This document shows positions 37,048 to 49,455 of a DNA stretch of 64,000 nucleotides, in pieces. The translations under genes were made by a program, and so were the position numbers. Position 1 is the stretch's first letter. Each line of letters begins with the position of its first letter. The DNA lies in NCBI GenBank assembly GCA_032718475.1, contig JAUCBJ010006736.1:11044-75043 (forward strand), given 5' to 3'. Source of the DNA: Nemertoderma westbladi (taxonomy: Eukaryota; Animalia; Xenacoelomorpha). The notes beneath the pieces were generated by a model. The model searched no databases. It saw only the letters and a list, made by a program, of their open reading frames with translations, and was not told the origin of the DNA.

Positions 37048-39528
37048 CCCTGCAAACAATGTATTGTTAAAAAGCTGTTACTAAAATGTTATTTAATGAC
37101 ATAGATAACATTATTTCAAATTGTTAGATTAATGATAAAAAAACTGTAAATTGGCCAAGAAATATGACGTTATATACTAACGTTATTATTTCGTTTTTAA
37201 TAACATTAAAATAACAAAGCCAGGATGGTTACATATATCATTACTTTTATGTTATTCCTTATCATTATTATTGTATTTTTAATGACATTAAAATAACAAC
37301 GGCATAATGTTTATTTAGATCGTTACTGTTATGTTATTTCTTAACATAAAAATATTGTTTGCTAAAAACGTAACATTAAATTTACGTGCAATTAAGCCCT
37401 TCTCTCATGTTTTATGGTTCGCTTGCTCTCAAACTAATAATCCCCCTCCATTGCCGTTCTTTATTATCGTTCTTTGTAATTGCCAAACCCTTTATTGAAT
37501 AATTAATTAATAATTTCCCTACGCATGTTGATATGGTAGTGGCAGGCTACAATCTCTAACACAGTTTGATTGAATACAATTTTGTTGTAGGCAATTGTAT
37601 GCAAATTAATAACAATTAAAACGTATAACATGAATTGAATTTTTTGTATAATGACCAGTCAGAAACAAATAATGAAATAAACAGCAAAATCAAAGTAAAA
37701 TATCACAGAATAAGTAAACAACAAATATATGGCTGTATGGCCCATTATGTAAATGGTTTTGATATTTCGGTTAAAGTTAATCACAGACTTAAAAAGAATA
37801 TGTTTATGACGTAATAATAAGTGATAACAACATAATGAATTGCATCAATTAAAATACTTTGAGTTAATATTATTCACTAGATTTATAGATCTGATTTGTA
37901 GTCTATATAAAATAATGTAGATAGATAGATATGTTTATTGACAATTTACATATGCGGTACAAATAATATCAAATATAATACTGCACAAAACCTTTACGAT
38001 AATTAGTTATTGACACAGTTATATAAATTGTCCAGTAGATTTTTGAAACTGTCTATTTTGTCTTGAGAACTTTAGCGAATACTAAAATTATTTCAACGTA
38101 ATTTAACACAAAAATAACAAACAAACCGACATAATAAACCTGAATATCTAGTGAATGGTAATAACCTACGCTTAATATACAGACATTACTGACTCTATAT
38201 ACCTACACATTTGTTCAATATTATCCATATTACCATTGAAAAAGATACATATACATATACATGTACATATAGTGGGTTTAATAAATAATACCTCACAACA
38301 ATGTTAAATTTATTAAAAGGAGCAGGTTACAGTTGGCTACAGAGGCACATATACAGATTTTACAGATTTATTTCTGGGAGAGTAATCAGTACTTATTTGA
38401 ATCGATATCTCCCTGGAGAGGGATGATTTTGATTGCATCGCAAATCCTCCCTATCTGAACAAATCATATTTAAAAAATTAAATGTTAATTATAATTATAG
38501 CTGAGTGAGCTTCATTTATTAAACTGTAAAAATAAATCAATAGGCCTAGGCCCTACAAAAGTACAATCTAAAAACTGAAACAATAAATAGTTTGAAATAA
38601 CAGTTATAATGTGAAGTTTTCAAATCGAATCCAAAGTTTTGTAGTAATGCTGTCCCTGTGCCCTGCCCCTTCAACTGAAAACTGGGACCTCCCAATAATA
38701 AGAATTCCAATCTTTAGTCCTCGGCTGTTGAAATCCACCATCAGTACAGACAAATAAGTCAATCCTCCACCTGTCAGTGCTGGTTTAAGGGGACTTCCTG
38801 GTCCTGGCAGACTTGAATTCTGTAATTGGTAGGTCTAATGCAGTAATGTGTGAATCCAGAGGGTAAAGGCGAACTCGCATTCAGGTAGATATGTTTTATT
38901 TATGAGTTCAGGTTAAATAAATCACAAAACCAAAACTATAAAACCAAAAATATAAGCTACTGTACAGTGCAGTAAGTAGGCCTGCAGTAACTACACTACA
39001 GCACTACAGTAATATAGAGATAGGCCTTGCAGTACAGCAGTATAACAATACATATACACAATAAACATTGAATACAGGCATGCCAGAATGAGTATTGTAC
39101 AACATACCATACTGTATACTATTTTACATGTGGAAAATTCCTCCATTACCGCCAATTTTAAAATTAGCCAATCATCAATCTCAGATTAGATAATAGAAGT
39201 GACAGCAGCGTCTATCGCATAATGTTTATTTTATGTGACAAAATAACATTGTTCTGATATTTAACAAACCATGTTCTTAAAATGTTAGAACTAAACACTT
39301 ATAAAACATTTTTGACTAATTTTTATGTTCTCACATTAAAATTACGTTTTTCTAACATCAACAGTTATCATTTATTTAATGTATGACAAAGACATTATAG
39401 AGTAATGTTAAAATAACATATATTGAACATCTAAATATTATATCAAACAAGGGAATGACATTTATCAACATTTATAACAAATTAATGATGTTTTTCTGAC
39501 ATTCCTCGAAAGTAAATTGTTTGCAGGG
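37048..39528. mobile_element. Non-autonomous CCC-terminal (EnSpm/CACTA-like) element, about 2.5 kb
   Basis: 13-bp TIR CCCTGCAAACAAT / ATTGTTTGCAGGG; subterminal TAACATT/AATGTTA repeats at both ends. Confidence 0.7.
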
Positions 39529-40581
39529 TTAATATCTAATCGTCTGATGGCAAGCATCACCATCGCTCATATTAATATCCATTGGCAACCATGGACCCCT
39601 ATTAATGTTTTGTGTCCCTCATTAATGTTTGCGTCCCTCATTAATATTTGTGTCTTGGCCGCAATACAAACCAGTATATAAATTATAAATTACGGGGTTT
39701 TGCCAGGCTTATTGTTTCTGATTTAAGGGGTTTTACAGGTTGTTATTTCTAATTTAAGGGGTTTTGCCTGGTGGACTGGATTTCATATACTTGAATTTAC
39801 GGTGTTTTGCAACCCAATTATTGACTTGTGGGGTTCTGCCTCGAAGTGGGCATAAGTTACGGGGAACTGTCTTTGGCTTATAACTCAAAAATGGCTGGTA
39901 GAAAAGCTTCGGTGTTCTGCCAGACGAAAAAGCCGATATCGAATTACCCAAAAAGTCAAAAACATGAAAATCGAAAAAAATCGACTTAGGGGGTTCTGCC
40001 TTGAAGGTGACGAATAGCAGTGATAAAATATGATTTTGTGGTCCGATTGATAAATGTGGAATTTTTTTCCATCCGTGACGTTCCGTCCGTGACGCTGGAC
40101 AGCTGTTACTCAAACTAACCTAAAATTAGAACTAATTATTGTACGCTCTCCATTTTGGGCTTAAACTGATCATGAGATATGTCGGATTCTAAATAAAATA
40201 ACTCTATCTACTGAGTCGAACGCGAGTTGAAAATCCAAATTTGAAAAGGGGAATAGATAAACAGTACTGTATAAATTAATATCAGATTGAATTATAATAT
40301 CAGGTTGAATTTTACTTGTAATATATCGAATAATATGTAGACAAAAATATGGAATTAATAACATCAGTTTCTATATAGCTCGAAGTAGTGTTGGAGTGGG
40401 CGTGGGTAAAATAATGTAGAATGAAAATGAATAATGGGAAACGTAACGAGGCAAAGGTAATAAATAATACTGATTTGCTCTGCCCTATGTTGATACAATG
40501 CGCGATGGTGACGTTGAGATTCCACCTACTGTATCTCTATACTGTAGGCTCTATACAGTATCCAGTTGGCCTTTGTTTACG

Positions 40582-40722
40582 AGTTGCCGAAACGCATCTA
40601 TCAGTTGCCGAAACGCATCTATCAGTTGCCGAAACGCATCTATCAGTTGCCGAAACGCACCTATCAGTTTGCCTAAGCGCATCCTGATAACAGTTGCCGA
40701 AATGCAACTATGAGTTGCCGAA
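40582..40722. repeat. 21-bp tandem repeat AGTTGCCGAAACGCATCTATC
   Basis: 4 clear and about 3 degenerate copies. Confidence 0.9.
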
Positions 40723-41479
40723 ATCGCGAAATGCATCACAACACCCCTGTGGCTGTGGCTGTGTGGTATTTTCGATTTCGTATATTGCAAAAGCCAAAAA
40801 TATAACTGCAACCTATCGCCTATGTTATTGAGTAGCAAGTTATTGTGGACGTTCTGGACAAAATTGCCATAATTGGCACAGGTGTATTGATGTAATTTCA
40901 TTAGTGTAGCCCACTAATAAAATCTGAAGAATTTGAGTAGTTCTTGTAAAATGTTTATGAAACACTAATAAATTCACTAATCGAATGGTCTAGTATATTT
41001 AACTAATATTATTAGTCCATAATTAAAAGTCTATATTTTTTATGCAATACCCACCAGAACGTCCACATCAATCTTATTTTTTAGGTTAGGCGACCTGACT
41101 AAACAGGCTAAAATACGTTTTGGTATTTTCCAGGGTCAGTCTATAGTCTATACCAACCTTGGCCTATACCCAATATGTATTTATTTGCGAACACAATAAC
41201 ATACTCTACTTAAACCTCAACGCTCTACATCATACTGTCATAAAGACAAACAATGCATTGCAGTTTGCCGATAACTAATTTCAGTTCGTAACACTCATAG
41301 AGGGAAAGACAAAGACTCATCGGTCGGGTCTACATAGGGAATCACTGGGTTTCGGCAATAATATGTTACTGAGATTGCAATACATTGTCGAAATGTTTTG
41401 ACTCGATCGACAGGGGTATTTTGTGTCAGAAGCTACTGTATATAGGTTGAGTCAGTAGAAAGTTTATCGTTGCAATTTG

Positions 41480-41935
41480 TGCCATTCAATTGATCCTGGG
41501 TCGCTCTTTTTATATTAGCATCTTGTCGAAAAATAGCTCCTAGATATACATAGGATTATGTATTTTTAACTATGATTGGACCATCTGAGCCCATAATGTT
41601 GATTTTGTCATCACTTGTTCAATTCACAACCATACTGTACACGTGTTTTTTGGGATTAACTTTCATTTTAAATTCATTACAGTATTTCGACAAAACACCA
41701 AAGCTCCTGGATAGCAGAGGGTCGTGATGATACTACAAGGGCCGCATCATCCATGACCAGAATAATTATTACTACGCCGAGCCATCCATTCAATGGTAGT
41801 TGGTTTATTCATACCAGAGGTGGATTGATGTACGATGTGAAAACAAATGTGCTCGTTGGAGCACCCTGCGTCACACCGATCGAGGATGCAATGGAAACTT
41901 CATCCAAAATACTAGCCGTTGTATTGTACAGGAAA
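41480..41935 (-). pseudogene. Degenerate LINE RT fragment (Proto2-like)
   Basis: SIGVTQGAPTSTFVFTSYIN, GWLG...LVMDDAAL, YCNEFKMKVNPKK, SYVYLGAIF; stops and frameshifts present. Confidence 0.7.
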
Positions 41936-42317
41936 ATGGTAAAAATGTAAATGGAATGTACCAAAATGGTATGTATAGTATAGGATATGTAAATGGTAAA
42001 CACCCCACCATGACCCGTGATATACTGTCAATTTCTGATGTCACGGTAACAAATTTCTTTTTCTACAAATCTTTACCATATTGGTTGAAAATTGAAACAC
42101 TAGTTCAACTGTCACCGTCGGTCGTCGTTGTCCCAATTTATTAGGAATCATACTGTACCTAGAAATAAAAACGTGTTGACAATCACTGACTGAGTGAGTG
42201 ATCAAATTTAAAATGGCTCTAACGATTTTCCTAATTTTTTGACCATAGATACGTAGGTCAAATGGAAGGTCGCTCACAAATTTTCAGACCCAAGGGGCAT
42301 GGGGTCTACCTACGAAT

Positions 42318-42840
42318 GGGACGCTTTGATTGGCCGAAACTGAAACTCTATTAATCTCAACTAGAATTAAACGAAACTCGTTCAAACTCGCTAGGAACAT
42401 CACTCACCTTAGTCTCAATAGCCTGGTTGGGCCACGACCCTGTCGGACCGGGGGTCTAAGGTTGGGACCCTCTGATTGGCAGAAACTAAAACTCGATAAA
42501 TCCCGACTATAATTAAACGAAACTCATCCATACTCGCTAGGAACATCACTCACAAGTCTAACACCCTGGTTGGACCACGACAGCACGACCCTGTTGAACT
42601 GGGGGTCTAGGATTGGGACGCTCTGATTGGCCGAAACTGAACATCGATAAATCTCAACTAGAATTAAACGAAACAAGTCCATACTCGTTGGAACATCGCA
42701 CCCCTTAGTCTCAACACCATGGTTGGGCCACGACCCTGTTTGACCGGGAGTCTAAAATTGGGCCACTCTGATTGTCCGAAACTGAAACTCGATAAATCTC
42801 GACTAGAATAAAACGTAACTCGACCATACTAACCAGGAAC
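42318..42840. repeat. Tandem repeat, about 145-150 bp, about 3.6 copies
   Basis: TGATTG(G/T)C(C/A)GAAACT at 42328, 42473, 42624 and 42769; array bracketed by direct repeat CTAGAAATAAAA.CGTGTTGACAAT at about 42159 and 42863. Confidence 0.85.
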
Positions 42841-44035
42841 TTATTACATTCTGTACGGAATCCTAGAAATAAAACCGTGTTGACAATGAGTGAGAATCCG
42901 GTACACCGACTGACATAGCCGACCAGACAGACAGAAAGAGCAGGACAGTACCGGTATTTCGTTATACAGTATAGGTGCAGACAAGACGATAAAAAAAACG
43001 TCTCAACTGTGGGGCGAGCCACGAAGTGAGTGAGCCTTAGCGTAGTGGTACCATTAATCAACCTGTCGTTCTGTCGTTCTGTCGCGTTTTTTTTCAGTAT
43101 TTTATTTTAAACGTTAATAACTCGGCCAATCCTTGATGAAATCTATCCAAACTTGGTACACATGTTGTACCTAAGCTATATACTGTTAGGTTTATTGCTG
43201 TATTGGGGTGGGGTTAGGAATAATTCATTTGTTTTAGCATTGAACTGTTGAATCCCCTTATTTATTATAAAACCATTGGAAATATTCGCAAATGCCGCTC
43301 CATTACTGTCTGAAACGCTCCCGACAGTCCGATGTATCTGGACCCGAGCAGCCGAGTTGCTTCAAGAGGTGATTAACGGGGGAATACTATGGAATTGCTT
43401 GTTTGTCAGTCTGTCAGTACGACTCTATTTGGTTATTTACTACACTCAGACACTGGGAATACGGCGGTGGGTCAGATCGTAATGCGGGCCACTGCCAAGT
43501 TCATCATGCCTCACTCCGGTCACCCACCTTGGAGTGCGGTGGGAAGAGTCCCACTTACTGACTTACGTCGACGACTGGACGAATCGACGAGGATTGCGAT
43601 CTGGGTTTAGCGGCGGCCCGGATCCTGGGATCGCCTGGGGGAAATGGTTGAACGTTGGGCAGACGTTATCACACTGGATTACGTTCTCTGTGACGCGAAA
43701 GTGTGAAGCGAATTCGTTGTCGAATTGGGTCGGAAGCTGCGGGAATTCTACTGTTCTACGGGAGTAAACCACAGCGGTCCGGTGACTACGGACGGATACT
43801 ACTGGGATAAGCAGGTATTTCGATCGAGTTTCTCGTATTCTCGATGCTCGAGGCGGATAGAGAGTTGGTTGTGTTGGGCGGTGTTGTTCAATTCTATCAA
43901 ACATATTAAATAATTGGTAAAATAATAAAAACACACCAGATAAAGATACTGGGCTTATGGTAAAGAGATAGGCCGAACTTACAATTTCCAAATAGATTGT
44001 TCATATAATAAATATATTTTTGGTATTTGATTTCA

Positions 44036-44301
44036 AGATAGGGGGGGGGGGGGGGGGGGGGGGGGAACTGGACGCAATAAAAATTCATCCCTCTCCACGG
44101 GAAATTGGACGCAAATAACAACAGCTGATTACTCTTAAAAATAAAACTGTAACCTGTTCTATTGTGTTTACTTTATTGTTTTGGTTAAAATAACGTGCCA
44201 CTGTAACCTGCTCCTTTCCCAAAATTTAGAAATTAATATTGAGGCGGGATATTAATTCGCTAAGATGGGATTTGCGTCCAGTCCCACCCCCCTCCTATCT
44301 C
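44036..44301. mobile_element. Complete poly-G-ended MITE with 8-9 bp TSD (MULE- or hAT-like)
   Basis: AGATAG(G)n..ACTGGACGCAA ... TTGCGTCCAGT..CCTATCTC; TTGATTTCA on both sides (44027-44035 and 44302-44310). Confidence 0.85.
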
Positions 44302-44929
44302 TTGATTTCACTAAAAAATAGAATACATTGCATTTTACTGTTATAATTACTGTATTGAATAAAATAATTAATTGATTGTTTATTAAACCGTGCTAAGCAC
44401 GTTGAACTGGAGCTCTAACAATTCCCCACTAGCGGCAGACAGGAACTGTAAAAGTCTCTGTAGAATTTCTAATTAAGCAATGCTCTTAGGTAACTACTAC
44501 TAAATTTCAGATGAATCTGATTGTTGGTTCTATAATTACAGCTATTTTTACATTTCTGTTAATTCGCCCCCTAGCGGCAGACCGGGGAACTGTAGAAATC
44601 TGTCTGTGTGTAGAGTTTCAAAATTTTTTTAAAGACTACATGTGTACCAAGTTTGGTTCCATTTCATCCATGATTGACCGACTTATTAGCGTTCAAACAT
44701 TCCTGCCACGAATAAAAGCTGCAGGAACTCGAGCGATAATTAATTTATTTATTATTAAATACTGTTTCAATTAAATTCTTTACGAAAATCTAGTCATCTT
44801 CTTTTAAATATGGACCCTGCATTCATGGAAAATATAATATTTGATAATTCATCAGTCAGCCTACGCTAATTTCACAGCAAAGTCCATGTCATGGCCTGTG
44901 TGTAGTAGGCCATGGTACCACCCTACTAC

Positions 44930-45770
44930 TACTATCCGCAGCCACGTGGTCCCCAGCTGCATTATCCGTAGACACACGCTCCCCAGCTGCCCCAGCTGCA
45001 CTATACGCGCCGACACGGTGCCCAGCTGCATTATCCGCAGCCACGTAGTCCCCAGCTGCATTATCCGTAGACACACGCTCCCCAGCTGCACTATACGCAC
45101 CGACACGGTCCCCAGCTGCATTATCCGCAGCCACGTAGTCCCCAGCTGCATTATCCGTAGACACACGCTCCCCAGCTGCACTATACGCGCCGACACGGTC
45201 CCCAGCTGCATCACCCGCAGCCACACGGTCCCCAGCTGCATTACCCGCAGCCACACGGTCACCAGTTGCACTATCCGCAGCCACGTAGTCCCCAGCTGCA
45301 TTATCCGTAGACACACGCTCCCCAGCTGCACTATACGCGCCGACACGGTCCCCAGCTGCATTACCCGCAGCCACACGGTCTCCAGCTGCATTATCCGCAG
45401 CCACGTAGTCCCCAGCTGCATTATCCGTAAACACACGCTCCCCCAGCTGCCCCAGCTGCACTATACGCGCCGACACGGTCCCCAGCTGCATTACCCGCTG
45501 CCACACGGTCCCCAGCTGCATTACCCGCTGCCACACGGTCCCCAGCTGCATTACCCGCAGCCACACGGTCCCCAGCTGCACTATACGCGCCGACACGGTC
45601 ACCAGCTGCGTTATCCGCAACCACACGGTCCCCAGCTGCGTTATCCGCAGCCACGCAGTGTCCACGTCCAGCTGCGTTATCCACAGGCACACGGTCCCCA
45701 GCTGCGTTATCCGCAGCCGCACGGTCCCCAGCTGCGTTATCCGCAGCCGCAAGGACCCCAGCTGCATTAT
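44930..45770. repeat. 30-bp minisatellite CCCCAGCTGCATTATCCGCAGCCACACGGT
   Basis: About 27 units with a 90-bp three-variant periodicity. Confidence 0.95.
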
Positions 45771-45820
45771 ACACACGCGCACGCCCAACTACTCTACCAC
45801 TATATCCATGGCAAAACAAC

Positions 45821-46003
45821 AGAGGCATCGATATCGCACACCTGAATACACAAAGCCTATATCCAAAACTGCCCGAAATAAAATTTACACTTACCACGAA
45901 TAAACTACATATTCTGACAATCTCAGTGACATGGCTCGATGACTCCATCACCAACAAAGAAGTCGAAGTAGAAGGCTATCTCCTTTACAGAGCAGATCGC
46001 AGA
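45821..46003 (+). pseudogene. CR1-group LINE endonuclease N-terminal fragment
   Basis: Manual translation RGIDIAHLNTQSLYPKLPEIK..LHILTISVTWLDDSITNKEVEVEGYLLYRADR. Confidence 0.75.
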
Positions 46004-47053
46004 CGAGACGAGACGAGATAGACGATGTCACGGAAATAAAAAAAAAATTCTGAAAGTTTCAGAAGTACTATTATCCTAAAAACTAAATTTATATTACACA
46101 TATATATGTATACTGTATGCATGCTGGATTGTAGGCGAGGCGTAGCTATTCCTATTACTATTACTGTATTTGATTGTGTGGACATGTAAGTAGTATACAA
46201 TACATGGTTCCTCGGCCAAGGTCACCCGTAGTCCATCATTACCATCCATTTCTGGTACTGCAGCCAATCAGAAGCCACCATTTCAACCTTTTGCAATGGT
46301 CGTTATTATTTCAACCAATCAGATGTCAGCATTTCATCCGTAACCATGGTAACTTCTCAAGTTCCCGCATCTTCCGCTAGAGGCGTTATTAGTCACCCAA
46401 CGCTAGTACTGCATCCAATCACCAACCTTTATTTTACAGGTGTTCGGGTGTCTACACTTAGCATCAGGTAACTTCTATTATTTTTCAAATCGCTATTTTT
46501 TACTAGTAACTAAATTTAATTTTGCAATTTTTCAGATAACAAAATATTCAACAGGGTTCGAACCCGGGACTGATATAACTCCTCACAACTCACCAATCAC
46601 TCTTCCATCCAACCTCGAGAGAAAAAGGCGATAAATATCTGAGTTATACCATAGTCATTGAATTCTTCATCTTCATCACTGGTAGCAGATGATTATAAAT
46701 AGCTTCTAGTTCCTTAACATAATTACTATAGCGTAGAATACATTAATTCGACTATTAATAATAATCGATTTCTTTTATCGATGTAACTGATCGATCAACT
46801 AAGTTGAATATAAGTTAGAATGATAGGGCTAGCATTGATTACGTTGCATTTGTTACACGTTACTGCTATTTCACTCTCTAACTCACGCTAATGTAATAAA
46901 TTTAGCTGTACACGTTGCATCTGTTACACGAATCTACTATATTCCTCACTGTAAGTCACTCTGCTGTATTAAAGCAACCATATAAACAGAAGTTTTACAA
47001 TCTAATAATCATTTATTTAGTTTTTATTTTTCAAAATAGTTTTCATTCTAATT

Positions 47054-49455
47054 ATGGATTTATTTAAAAAAACTTCAAGCAATACTTGGAAATTTACATT
47101 TAATAAATATACCTGTAGTATTGTTTATGGCAAGTACTTTATATTACTCTCAAGCGATAGCAATGTAACAACGTGCTTCTCTTACCAGGATACACTCTAC
47201 CTTCTAGACGTCTTAGAAATATTATTCAACCGACAAAAGGAATCACCAGTTTCAAGAGGTAATATTTATCCTAATATAGAATTTACAAGAGGAAAGTTAA
47301 ATATTTCCACCTGTGTTATTACTGAAAACGTATATATTCAGAAGCAAGGTAAATGTCAAATTCTAAACAAATCACTCATTAATTTATTGCTTCAGAGTAA
47401 GACAGAAATATTAGAATTGTTATCACCACCACTCGAAATAATAAATCAGTGTTATGTTGTTAATTTAACCAACCCATCTTTTGTTGGTTTTGTAAGCAAA
47501 TATAAAGGAGCGACTTATATGGGACTATGGGAGATTTCAGCTAGATATTCTGATGCTATTGGTCTTAGGTATTATAATGGGTTTAACTTAACAGCATCGG
47601 AAGTAAATTCATTGTGGTATGAATGGAATTATGAAATTAGTAACGAAGGTGTCTTTTCAGAGCTAGATACGGACGATAAAGCTTTATCTGACCGACTTAA
47701 AGTAAAAATAAATGTACAAGAAAAAAAAGTAATTATTACAGACAAGGAAAGCAAATATTTACAGTTACATTACGATAAAGACATACCATATATAGAGTTT
47801 CTCTACGATATGATGTTAAGGGGGGCACTCTGTAATTAAATTTTTTTTTGAAGAATTTTGGTCATTTTTTTTATTTTTTGTTCTAAGCCGATTTTTAATG
47901 GAGATTCCAAATATGCAAACGGTTTGACAGAGCGACTTTTAGTTTTCGAGATATATGGACTTTCGTACACCTTAATCTGGCACAAAAATATCCAAATTTT
48001 TCGTATTTTCACTCATAAGAAGTTTATTTTCGGTTTTCTGGTGTATCCAGTGTAATGTTGCTTAGCAACTGTATCTAAGCATCAGTGGCGGTAAATTTAA
48101 ACGAGTATCTGTGAACATTAGTCCCTTTCCCTTGTACTGTCTGACTGTGAATTCGGCTCTAACGCAAATCTGTCCCTACCCACACTGCCGTACCGGTAGT
48201 GTGGGTTAATTTTTTTTGGTTAGGGTCAACATAGTTAGAACCCCAACCTAACTGTAATCTAACCCTAACCCCAATATTACCCGTTTGCTCCCTAATCCTA
48301 GCTGGAACCGTCTGCCTAACCCTAGCTCATGGTAGCTAGAACAGTCACAGCTGTTAGGTTAGCCTAGGACAGTAGGATTCTGAAATTCTGATTACACGAA
48401 TTACAATATTGCAGTAGTATATACCCAGAACGTAAATGTCAAAATCACAGGGACGGATTTGCATTATTTGCATTATTATTGGCGATCTTTACTTAAAACC
48501 GAAAATTCCGCATGTAGCATATGGAGCACTACATGTTAAAAAAAAAAATTCGTAAATTGAGTTATTTTAACTGAAAATATTGCAAAACTAAGATATTTTT
48601 ATCAAACTAATCTGCTTTCAAACTTTAAATTGGATTTATTCCTATTTCATTTTTTTGCACTTTTTTATATTTTAAAATGCTACTACTTGTAGGGAATTGG
48701 TCAAAACTGGCTGATTTTTGGCATGCGTGGTCTTGATGAAGTGTTTTAACTATGCAATTGACAAAATTTTGAAATTTTGATTTTAACCAAAGTTATAGTC
48801 AAAATTCGAAATTTTTTGTGACTTTTTCGAGTTTTTTAGTTATTTTTGGTGACAAATTTCGAAAAAATTGAATAATTTTAAAAGTAAGACAGATGTTTAA
48901 ATTCTGTCAATTGCATCGTTTTATAACATTTTTCCGGACATTCGAACCAAATTTTGAACAATTTGAATCAAAATTGCGGTTCTAGAAGCCTTTTTTTAAA
49001 AATTTCAATAAATTATGTTAATTAGCAAAATTAAAATTAAAAAAAATTTTTTTTGCGATTTTCAGTTTTTTGGATCTATATTACATAGGTTTGTCAAATA
49101 TTAATATTTTTGAACATAGTCCCGCGCCAAAATTAAGAAAATAAAAACGTCATTCAATTACAGAGTGCCCCCCTTAAAGGTTTCATCAACTGATATAGCA
49201 GACGGTTTCGTGATTCTATATCCACCAACTTGGAAGTTTAAGGTTAATAAGTAATTTCCAGAAGTAGTTTCATCCACATTTAATCCAAAGACATACATCG
49301 AAGAGACCTCAAGTGATAGAAAGCGCAGATCTACATCTCAATCATCTTCCATTCCCAACAATGATTCTATACCTACAAAGAAAATAAAAGTTACAAAAGC
49401 AAGTGAAGAGGTAGCAGATTACAATAAGGAACATATAAAAACAGTATCAGATTGA
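47054..49455 (+). pseudogene. Orphan ORF of about 345 codons, split by a MITE and one premature stop; possible PC4-like domain
   Basis: Removing 47820-49177 restores the frame (DMMLKVSSTD...KVNK*FPEV...RKRR...PTKKIK...TVSD*); TATAAA at 46981. Confidence 0.6.
47820..49173. mobile_element. Non-autonomous Kolobok-like DNA transposon with a nested small IR element (48161-48465)
   Basis: TIR GGGGGGCACTCTGTAATT / AATTACAGAGTGCCCCCC; TTAA TSD at 47816-47819 and 49174-49177. Confidence 0.9.

Noticed and set aside
40170-40260. RT-like motif LDFQLAFDSVDRVILF
   Set aside because: Probably a tiny LINE relic, but too short to annotate.
44841-45957. Repetitive ORFs of 178-334 aa
   Set aside because: 30-bp minisatellite open on both strands; the only recognisable coding sequence is the adjacent CR1 endonuclease fragment.
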